From Terriglobales bacterium (lineage in GTDB: Bacteria > Acidobacteriota > Terriglobia > Terriglobales > SCQP01), in contig DATKSZ010000149.1 in assembly GCA_035531375.1 (NCBI GenBank), positions 903-64,902 on the forward strand: 64,000 bases of DNA, read 5' to 3'. This document shows, in pieces, positions 20,095 to 27,009 of this stretch; position 1 is the first letter of the stretch; each line of letters starts with the position of its first letter. The translations under genes were made by a program, and so were the position numbers. A model generated the notes under the pieces. It searched no databases, was not told the origin of the DNA, and worked only from the letters and a program-made list of their open reading frames with translations.

Positions 20095-20172
20095 GGGCGC
20101 GTAGCTCAGTTGGACCAGAGCATCGGCCTTCTAAGCCGACGGTCGCAGGTTCGAATCCTGCCGCGCCCGCCA
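20095..20172 (+). tRNA. tRNA-Arg (anticodon TCT)
   Basis: Hand-folded. Acceptor GGGCGCG/CGCGCCC; D arm GCTC/GAGC; anticodon stem TCGGC/GCCGA with loop CTTCTAA; T arm GCAGG-TTCGAAT-CCTGC. CCA is encoded. Confidence 0.9.
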
Positions 20173-20177
20173 GCCCC

Positions 20178-20609
20178 TCAGCCCAGCGGGTCGAACACCC
20201 GCAGCCCGGCCACGGCGACAAAATCGCGGTCGTGCGTCCAAATCTCGGTGGCGCCGTCGTCGCGCGCCGCCAGCGCGATCTGCAGATCGAAAATCCGCCG
20301 TCCCAGGATCTCTCCCTGGCTGGCAATCGCCAACAGCCGCAGGCCAAAGTCGGCCTGGCCTTGCCATAGTTGCGCCCCCGCGTGGATCAGCGAAGCCAAG
20401 AAGGCAACGGCTTCGGTCGTTGTGGCAGCTTGCGCCCGCTCCCCACCCGCCCGCGTGGCCACGCTCCAAAACTCCGACGCGTTGGCGACGGTAAAGCCCC
20501 AGCCCCGGCCGTCCGCCTGCGCCCGCAACAAGGCTGCCCGCGCGGAGGCGTGCTCCGCCTCCTGCGGGAAGAACGCATAGAGCAGGAGGTTGGTATCCAC
20601 CGCGATCAC
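20178..20609 (-). CDS. vapC: PIN-domain toxin VapC
   Basis: GTG start overlapping the vapB stop (GTGA). IAVDTNLLLY, DLQIA, THDRDF acidic PIN residues. Confidence 0.8.
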   Translation of the reverse strand: MIAVDTNLLLYAFFPQEAEHASARAALLRAQADGRGWGFTVANASEFWSVATRAGGERAQAATTTEAVAFLASLIHAGAQLWQGQADFGLRLLAIASQGEILGRRIFDLQIALAARDDGATEIWTHDRDFVAVAGLRVFDPLG

Positions 20610-20851
20610 TGGGCGTTCTTGGCGCGATTTTCCAGCCACTCCCACATCGCCTCGCGGCTGGAGAGGTCCAAACCACGCGGCAACTCGCCACTCGCCGTGA
20701 CCCAGGCAATGCCCGCCGACGGCTTGGCTCCCGCCGCCAACTCGCGCCGCAGCCCTCGCTCAATCATTTCCCGCAGCGTGCATTTCCGGTCGATCGCGGC
20801 CCGCTTGGCCGCGCGCAGCAGGTCCTCTTCGATCTCGACGGTCGTCTTCAT
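20606..20851 (-). CDS. vapB: VapB-family antitoxin
   Basis: MKTTVEIEEDLLRAAKRAA N-terminus typical of VapB/DUF2191-type antitoxins. Coupled to the PIN gene. Confidence 0.7.
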   Translation of the reverse strand: MKTTVEIEEDLLRAAKRAAIDRKCTLREMIERGLRRELAAGAKPSAGIAWVTASGELPRGLDLSSREAMWEWLENRAKNAQ

Positions 20852-20853
20852 AA

Positions 20854-20873
20854 ATATGGCCATATTACCATAT
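20854..20873. promoter_or_regulatory. palindromic operator candidate upstream of vapB
   Basis: Perfect 12-nt palindrome ATATGGCCATAT plus a third CCATAT half-site, directly 5' of the vapB ATG in an AT-rich patch. Confidence 0.45.
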
Positions 20874-20885
20874 CGGCCCTGCCTC

Positions 20886-20915
20886 AAAAAAAACGGGCCC
20901 GCCGCAGCGGGCCCG
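20886..20915 (-). terminator. rho-independent terminator of the BNR/VPS10 gene
   Basis: Stem CGGGCCCGC/GCGGGCCCG, loop CGCA. A8 on the plus strand equals a U-run on the minus strand. Confidence 0.75.
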
Positions 20916-20938
20916 CGCCCAACATCGCTGAGCTGGAT

Positions 20939-23905
20939 TTACGGCCGCATCCAGATGTCGTCCAACACCTGGACCGAGCTGTTGAGCGTCTGCCCGCCGA
21001 CCGTGACCCGCACCATATAGGTGCCCGGCGCCAGCAGCGGCCCCTGCACCGCGCCGCGGCCGAAGAAGCCGCCACGGCCGCCATTGGCCACGAACGGCAC
21101 CGGCTGCGGGCCGCCGCGCCCGGCGGCGCCGCGCCCGCCGCGTCCGCCGCGGCCGCCGGCGTTCTCCCCGCCGCGCGCCGCCGGCGGCGCCGCGCCGCGC
21201 ATATCCCACTGGAAGCGGTTCATGCCCGCCTTGATGTCCTTCGCCTTCATGCTGCTGACCACCTTGCCCTCCTGCAGGAAGTCAATCGTGGCCGGCCCCA
21301 TGTCCGCCTTGGCCCAGATGCTGATGGCGGTGCCGCCCTGCGGGTTGGCGCCGCGGAAGGCGTTCTGGAAGACCGGGTTCTGCTCCTCGATGTCGTTCCT
21401 CCACTCCACCGCCGGGCGCGGCGTGAACAGGTGCACGTCGGCATCGCCGATCTGGCCCAACTGCTCCAGCGGGGTGATGTCGTCGGCGATCCAGATGGAG
21501 CGCCCGTGGGTGGCCAGGATCAGGTCGCGGTCGCGCGGCTGGATCAGGATGTCGTCCACCGGCACCTCGGGCAGGTCGTTCATGAACTTGTGCCAGCTCT
21601 GGGCGCCGTCGGTGGAGACGAACAGCCCGAACTCGGTGCCCACGAACAGCAGGTTGGGGTTGCGGTCGTCCTCGCGCAGCGCCTGGATCTCGCCCTGGGC
21701 GGGCAGGTTGGCGGTGACGTCGGTCCAGGTCTTGCCGTAGTCGGTGGTCTTGAAGAGGTAGGGGTGGTAGTCGTCGTTGCGGTGGTTGTCGAGGGCGACG
21801 TAGGTGGTGGCGCCGTTGAAGTGCGAGGGCTCGATGCGGTTCACCTGCACGTAGCCCTTGGGCGCGCCCGGCACGCTGGCGTCGAGGTTGGGCATGACGT
21901 TGGTGAAGGTGGCGCCGTCGTCGAGGCTGAGCTGCAGGTTGCCATCGTCGGTGCCCACCCAGATCTCGCCCGGGCGCGAAGGCGACTCGCGCACCTGCGT
22001 CGCCAGCGAGCTGGCGGAGTAGCCGTCGTGCTTCTCCGCCATCGGCAGGTTGCCGGCCACGCCCATGATCGCCATTTGCGGCGACCACCGGTCCACGTTC
22101 TTGGTCAGGTCGGTGGGGTTCATGGTCCAGGTGTCGCCGCGGTTGTCGGACTTGAAGAAGTACTGCGCCGCCATGTAGACCTTGCGCGGGTTGAAGGGCG
22201 AGATCTCAAACGGGGCGTTCCAATAGAAGCGGAACGGCGGCGGGTCGGCGGGCTGGTTGATGATGTTGCCCGGGCCGCCGCGGCCGCCAAAGCCGCCCGC
22301 CGGCGCCGCCGGCGCGGTGGCCCGCGGCCGGATGCTCACCTGCGTGCCCGCGCGCAGGTCGTGCCGCACCATGCCGCCGTCCTGCGACTCGCCGTAGACG
22401 ATGGCGAAGTTGCCCGGGTCCTGCCGCGTGTAGAAGCCGTCCCCGCCCGCCACCGTGTACCAGTCGGTGTTGACGATGCCGTTGGCGTTGCGCACCGCGC
22501 TCGGCCCGCACCAGGCGTTGTTGTCCTGCAGCCCGCCGCAGACGTAGTAGGGGTGGCGCATGTCGCTGGAGACCTGGTAGAACTGCCCCACCGCCATCTT
22601 GTTCTCGTAGGTCCAGCTCATGCCGCCGTCGTGGCTGATGTCCAGCCCGCCGTCGTGGCCGATGGCGACGATGCGCGGGTCCTGGGGATCAATCCAGATG
22701 GCGTGGTAGTCGGTGTGCGAGCCCGTCATCGGCCGCCAGGTCTTGCCCCCGTCCATCGAGATCTGCCCCGGCGTGCCCCCCACGAACAGCTTGTTGGAGT
22801 CCACCGGATCCACCCGGATCTGGCTGAAATAGACCGGGCGCTGGTCCTGGTTGCTCATGAAGGTCCAGGTCTTGCCGGCGTCGGCGGAGCGGAACACGCC
22901 GCTCTTGTTGGGGTCGGGCGGCGGCGCCGCCCCGCGCCCGCGCCCGCCGAAGCCGCCCCGTCCCGGCGGCAGGGGCCCGCCGCTGGCGGCGGTGCCCCCG
23001 CCCACGCCCGCGCTCGCCCCCGCCTCCACCTGCGCATAAACGATGTTGGGGTTGCGCGGGAAGATGGCGATGGCGATGCGCCCGTAGATGCCGTCCTGGG
23101 GCTTCGGCCAGCCCGCCCCGTCCAGCCGCGTCCAACTCGCGCCCGCGTCGGTGGACTTCCACAGCCCGCTGTTGGGCCCGCCCCCGTTGTAGCCCCACCA
23201 GGTGCGGCGGTGCTCGTAGCTGCTGGCGTAGACCACCTTCGGGTTCGCCGGGTCAATCGCCACGTCCTCAAAGCCGGTGTTCTCGTCCAGGTACTTGGCC
23301 TTGATCCAGGTCTTGCCCCCGTCCGTGCTCTTGTAGAGCCCGCGGTCGGGGTTGGGCCCGAACAGGTGCCCCGCCGCCGCCACGTAGACCACGTCCGGGT
23401 TGGTCGGATCCACCGCGATGCGCCCGATGGACTGGGTGTTGGCCAGCCCCAGGTGGGTCCAGGTCTTGCCCCCGTCGCGCGTCCCCCACACCCCGTCGCC
23501 GATGGTCGAGCTCTGCCGGTTGTTGGCCTCGCCCGAGCCCACATACACGATCTCCTTGTTCGAGGGTGCGATCCCAATCGCCCCCACCGACTCGTCCGGC
23601 ATCTGGTCCCAGAGCGAGGTCCAGTGGTTGCCCCCGTCGGTGGACTTCCACAGCCCGCCGGTGGCGAAGCCGATGTACAGGGTCATCGGATCCTGCGGCG
23701 AGCCCTCGATGTCGTCCAGCCGCCCCATCATCGTCGCCGGCCCGATCGAGCGGAAGGTGAACGGCGCCAGCAGCGGGTTGCTGGAGATGTTGATCGGCTT
23801 CGGCGGCGGCTGCTGGGCGCGGCCCTGCGCCAGCGCCAGCCCGCTGCTGGCCAGCAGCAGGGCGGTGGATGCGGCAATGCGGCGGAAGGCGGTGCGGTTC
23901 GGCAT
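20939..23905 (-). CDS. secreted BNR/Asp-box repeat protein (VPS10/sortilin-like beta-propellers)
   Basis: Many SxDxGxTW boxes (STDGGNHW, TRDGGKTW, STDGGKTW, STDAGASW, SADAGKTW, SMDGGKTW, SHDGGMSW, STDGAQSW). Leader MPNRTAFRRIAASTALLLASSGLALA. GGGAG Shine-Dalgarno sequence before the ATG at 23905. Confidence 0.8.
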   Translation of the reverse strand: MPNRTAFRRIAASTALLLASSGLALAQGRAQQPPPKPINISSNPLLAPFTFRSIGPATMMGRLDDIEGSPQDPMTLYIGFATGGLWKSTDGGNHWTSLWDQMPDESVGAIGIAPSNKEIVYVGSGEANNRQSSTIGDGVWGTRDGGKTWTHLGLANTQSIGRIAVDPTNPDVVYVAAAGHLFGPNPDRGLYKSTDGGKTWIKAKYLDENTGFEDVAIDPANPKVVYASSYEHRRTWWGYNGGGPNSGLWKSTDAGASWTRLDGAGWPKPQDGIYGRIAIAIFPRNPNIVYAQVEAGASAGVGGGTAASGGPLPPGRGGFGGRGRGAAPPPDPNKSGVFRSADAGKTWTFMSNQDQRPVYFSQIRVDPVDSNKLFVGGTPGQISMDGGKTWRPMTGSHTDYHAIWIDPQDPRIVAIGHDGGLDISHDGGMSWTYENKMAVGQFYQVSSDMRHPYYVCGGLQDNNAWCGPSAVRNANGIVNTDWYTVAGGDGFYTRQDPGNFAIVYGESQDGGMVRHDLRAGTQVSIRPRATAPAAPAGGFGGRGGPGNIINQPADPPPFRFYWNAPFEISPFNPRKVYMAAQYFFKSDNRGDTWTMNPTDLTKNVDRWSPQMAIMGVAGNLPMAEKHDGYSASSLATQVRESPSRPGEIWVGTDDGNLQLSLDDGATFTNVMPNLDASVPGAPKGYVQVNRIEPSHFNGATTYVALDNHRNDDYHPYLFKTTDYGKTWTDVTANLPAQGEIQALREDDRNPNLLFVGTEFGLFVSTDGAQSWHKFMNDLPEVPVDDILIQPRDRDLILATHGRSIWIADDITPLEQLGQIGDADVHLFTPRPAVEWRNDIEEQNPVFQNAFRGANPQGGTAISIWAKADMGPATIDFLQEGKVVSSMKAKDIKAGMNRFQWDMRGAAPPAARGGENAGGRGGRGGRGAAGRGGPQPVPFVANGGRGGFFGRGAVQGPLLAPGTYMVRVTVGGQTLNSSVQVLDDIWMRP

Positions 23906-24032
23906 GGGGCTCCCTCTCGGGTGAAACAGGGGCAATGTATCACATCTGCGCTGGTTCCCCGGCAGGCATTCTGCAAAATGACGCCCCGGTCAGCCCCTGC
24001 AACTTCCGCCGCCTTGGGGAATCCTACCCACT

Positions 24033-24779
24033 ATGACCGCACCCGCCAAGATCGCGCTCTGGTCGCTGGCGGCGCTGGCCGCGCTGGCGGCCTTGGCCGC
24101 GCTGGTCTCGACCAGCGGCGTCTCCCCCGTCCGCACCCTCGCCCGCCTGCCCGCCGCCCGGCTCGACGAGCCCCGCCCGCTGCATGGCTCCGCGCCCACC
24201 CGGGAATCGGTGGTGCTGGCCGGCGGCTGCTTCTGGGGCATGCAATTGGTCTTCGAGCACGTGCGCGGCGTGGACGCCGTCACCGCGGGCTACGCCGGCG
24301 GCCTGGCCGCGACCGCCCACTACGACAGGGTGAGCACCGGCGCCACCGGCCACGCCGAGTCGGTGCGCATCGTCTACGATCCCGCCCGGGTCTCGCTGGG
24401 CACGCTGCTGCGCGTGTTCTTCTCCGTCGCCCACGACCCCACCGAGCTCGACTACCAGGGCCCCGACCAGGGCACGCAGTACCGCTCCGCCATCTTCTAC
24501 GCCAACCCCGGGCAATACCGCATCGCCCGCGCCTACATCGCCCAACTGCAGCAAGCGCGCGCCTTCCGCCGGCCCGTCGTCACCGGGCTGACGCCGCTCA
24601 CCGCCCAGCGCGGCTTCTATCCGGCCGAGGCGTATCATCAGGACTACGCCGCGCACAATCCGGATGACCTCTACATCCGCATCAACGACCTGCCCAAGCT
24701 CGCCGCCCTGCGCCGCCAGTGGCCCGCCCTCTCGCGGGACGCGCGGCGCAGCCGCGCAGGGGCCCGCGCCCACCATTGA
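24033..24779 (+). CDS. msrA: peptide-methionine (S)-S-oxide reductase
   Basis: GGCFWG active-site motif, GHAESVRIVYDP, YHQDY. N-terminal leader. The last ~15 codons are supplied by a repeat module. Confidence 0.9.
   Translation: MTAPAKIALWSLAALAALAALAALVSTSGVSPVRTLARLPAARLDEPRPLHGSAPTRESVVLAGGCFWGMQLVFEHVRGVDAVTAGYAGGLAATAHYDRVSTGATGHAESVRIVYDPARVSLGTLLRVFFSVAHDPTELDYQGPDQGTQYRSAIFYANPGQYRIARAYIAQLQQARAFRRPVVTGLTPLTAQRGFYPAEAYHQDYAAHNPDDLYIRINDLPKLAALRRQWPALSRDARRSRAGARAHH
24734..24776 (+). repeat. mosaic repeat, tail module only (copy J)
   Basis: GCGGGACGCGCGGCGCAGCCGCGCAGGGGCCCGCGCCCACC equals the 3' module of copies C and F. It lies inside the msrA 3' end. Confidence 0.7.
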
Positions 24780-24798
24780 TCGGTCCCTGAAAATCCTG

Positions 24799-25950
24799 AT
24801 GGTCAGCGACGATCCCGACGACCCCACCGTGGGCGCCGCGATCGTCCCCCGCCAACTGCAGCGGGCGTTCACCGAGCTGGGCCACCGCTGCGACCTGCTC
24901 TTCAGCCACGACCTGGGCGGCTGGCCGGCGAACGAGCGCCTGCGCTTCGCCCTCTCGCCCCGGCTGGCCCAGCGCGCAGTCGAGCGCGCTTGGCGCCGCA
25001 ACGGCCCCTACGACGTGGTGGACGCGGTCGCCGCCGAGGCTTCGCGCCTCGCCCGGGGGCGCGCGCGGATCCCCTGCGCCGTCCTCATCGCCCGCAGCCA
25101 CGGCCTCGAGCACTTCTATTACCGCGAGCTGCTCGCCGACCACCGCGCAGGCCTGCTGCGCAAGCCCTGGTGGCGGCGCGGCTACTACCCGCTGGTGCGC
25201 CTGCGTCCCGCCGCCGCCGGCTTCCGCCGCGCCGACCGCGCCATCCTGCTCAACCGCCGCGAGCGCGCGGAGGCGCTGGCGCGCCACTGGCAGCCCCCGC
25301 AACGCCTCGACCTCATTCCCCACGGCCTCGACGACGCCCGCCTCGCCGCCGCGCCCCCGCCCGACGCCCCCCGCGGCGCCGGCCTGCTCTTCAGCGGCGC
25401 CTGGTACACCGGCAAGGGCAATATCTACCTCGCCCGCGCCCACGCGCTGCTGGTCCAGCGCGGCCTGCCGCTGCCACTCACCCTGCTCGGCCCCGGCATC
25501 GGCCATCCGCCGGCCGAGGTCGAGCGCCACGTCCGCGCCAGCTTCGCCTCCGCCTCCCAGCCCTATCTCACCATCCTGCCCCGCCTCGCCTCGCCCGCCG
25601 CGGTGGACGCGCACTACCGCCGCCACGACCTGCTGGTCTGCCCCTCCACCGCCGAGGGCTTTGGCATGGTGGTGTTCGAGGCGCTCAGCCAGCGCCTGCC
25701 GGTGGTCGCCAGCAGCGCCGTCGGCGCCGCCGACTATCTCCGCCCGGACGAAGATCTCTGCATCGTCCCGCCCCGCGACCCCGAAGCCCTGGCCGGCGCC
25801 ATCGCCCGGCTCTGGCAAGACCCCGAGCGCCGCCGCGCCCTGGCCGAGCACGGCCACCAAACCGTGCGCCCCTACACCTGGCGCCGCGCCGCCCAGCAAA
25901 CCCTGGCCTGCTACGCCGCCGCCCGCGCTGCCCGCCCACAGATCCGCTGA
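24799..25950 (+). CDS. glycosyltransferase family 4/1
   Basis: (LKIL)MVSDD N-terminus. C-terminal CPSTAEGFGMVVFEALSQRLPVVAS EX7E-type motif. The start is uncertain because no ATG precedes LKIL. Confidence 0.75.
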   Translation: MVSDDPDDPTVGAAIVPRQLQRAFTELGHRCDLLFSHDLGGWPANERLRFALSPRLAQRAVERAWRRNGPYDVVDAVAAEASRLARGRARIPCAVLIARSHGLEHFYYRELLADHRAGLLRKPWWRRGYYPLVRLRPAAAGFRRADRAILLNRRERAEALARHWQPPQRLDLIPHGLDDARLAAAPPPDAPRGAGLLFSGAWYTGKGNIYLARAHALLVQRGLPLPLTLLGPGIGHPPAEVERHVRASFASASQPYLTILPRLASPAAVDAHYRRHDLLVCPSTAEGFGMVVFEALSQRLPVVASSAVGAADYLRPDEDLCIVPPRDPEALAGAIARLWQDPERRRALAEHGHQTVRPYTWRRAAQQTLACYAAARAARPQIR

Positions 25951-25956
25951 ACCCCT

Positions 25957-26249
25957 GGCGGGGGCCGCGCCGCTTTGCCTGCTGGCAAAAGCGGCGCGCA
26001 AGGCTGCGTGTAATTCCGCAGGGGCGCGCCAGTGGCGCGTCTGCGCCCCCGGGAAACGAATGCGGCGCGGCCCCAGCAATCCATTAACAAAACCGCGCAG
26101 CGCCGACTTGGGGCCAGGGGCCCCCAAGCCGGCGTGAGCATGCCGCCCCGCGCCGTTACAGCGGGGCGGCTCACAAGCGGGACGCGCGCCGCACCGGCCC
26201 GGCGCTGCTACAGCCGGGCCGGGCAGGCGCGCTGGAGTCCGCGCCCACT
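25957..26249 (+). repeat. mosaic hairpin repeat, copy B (long form)
   Basis: Same module order as copy G, without the H2 hairpin. Confidence 0.9.
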
Positions 26250-26296
26250 AACTTGTAGCAAAGTATGACCTTTCGCCTCCGCCCCGCATTTTTCTC

Positions 26297-26327
26297 TTGA
26301 CACCCGCCGCCCCGGTTCGGTTAGCCT
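26297..26327 (+). promoter_or_regulatory. possible promoter of the RHS locus
   Basis: TTGACA at 26297-26302. Only a weak -10 (TAGCCT, 19-nt spacer). AT-richer context. Confidence 0.3.
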
Positions 26328-26359
26328 GACCGCGCGGTGTGGCTCACAGGGTGACGGCA

Positions 26360-27009
26360 ATGCGGATGGCAAAAGACTTGCTCTCTCTCTCTCTCTCTCT
26401 CTCCTAGTTCTCGCTAGCGCCGCGCAGGCGCAGGTTCTTGCGGCGACGGGCTACATTGCCCGCGGCACAGCCACGGTCATCGGCCCGCGCGGCAGCGAGA
26501 GCGGTGCGATCACGGTCGCGGCCTGGGGCGAGGGCCACTGCAAGGTCACGATCGCCCTGGGGGGGCCGGGGGCGCGGCGCCAGTACACGGCCATCGCCAA
26601 CGGCAACCACGCCAGCATCTCGGCCCCGGCGGGAATGGCGGCGGCGGCGCCGCTGCCGCTCGGCCCGCCCGTCGGCTGTGCGCTGCTGCCGCAGGGGCTG
26701 GCCTACGACAAACTGGCCGCGGGCGGCGCGGCCAGCCTCACTGCGGATCCAGCGACGGGGCGGCCGCTGGCGCTGGTTTGGACGGCCCTTGCGCCCGGCG
26801 GCGGCGAAGCCGCAACGCTGGCCTACGGGAACTACCAGGTTTCCGGAGGGCTGAGCTACCCAGCCACGGTCACCGAGAGCGTGGCTGGCCAGACGCGGCT
26901 TGCCATCCGCTTCACCTCGATTGAAACCCATAGCCTCGCCGAGAGCGACTTCGCGCTGCCGCCGCCGCCGAAGGGCTTTCCCACCCGGACCACGGGAGGT
27001 GGGCTATGA
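26360..27009 (+). CDS. secreted protein gene interrupted by a frame shift in the (CT)11 tract (as sequenced: leader in frame 2, mature part in frame 1; first in-frame ATG only at 26635)
   Basis: See the first finding. Frame 1 is open from 26269 to 27009 with protein-like, high-GC3 translation from 26404. ATGA overlap with the RHS start. Confidence 0.6.
26381..26403 (+). repeat. (CT)11 dinucleotide microsatellite
   Basis: Perfect CTCTCTCTCTCTCTCTCTCTCTC. The only such tract seen in the window. Confidence 0.95.

Noticed and set aside
20095-20172. At first glance the anticodon loop looked like TTCTAAG with anticodon CTA, which would be an amber suppressor.
   Set aside because: Re-folding with a 5-bp anticodon stem (TCGGC/GCCGA) gives loop CTTCTAA and anticodon TCT. 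This is an ordinary tRNA-Arg.
20907-20925. Possible att-like direct repeat of the tRNA 3' end (CCGCGCCC..CA) at the far side of the vapBC islet.
   Set aside because: Only about 10 of 13 positions match, in GC-rich DNA. The segment is better explained as the terminator hairpin, which itself resembles the tail module of the repeat family.
21431-24667. 1078-aa plus-strand ORF opposite the BNR/VPS10 gene, running into msrA.
   Set aside because: Shadow ORF. It crosses an intergenic region and a bona fide msrA in another frame.
26561-26567. G7 run inside the phase-variable ORF as a second slippage site.
   Set aside because: Short G/C runs of this length are common in 70% GC coding sequence, and there is no frame anomaly around it.
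26404-26931. 175-aa minus-strand ORF, and the 138-aa plus-strand alternative-frame ORF (26438-26854), over the phase-variable gene.
   Set aside because: Both are extremely Arg-rich. The third frame (ending at 27009) has balanced composition, GC-rich third codon positions and coupling to the RHS start.
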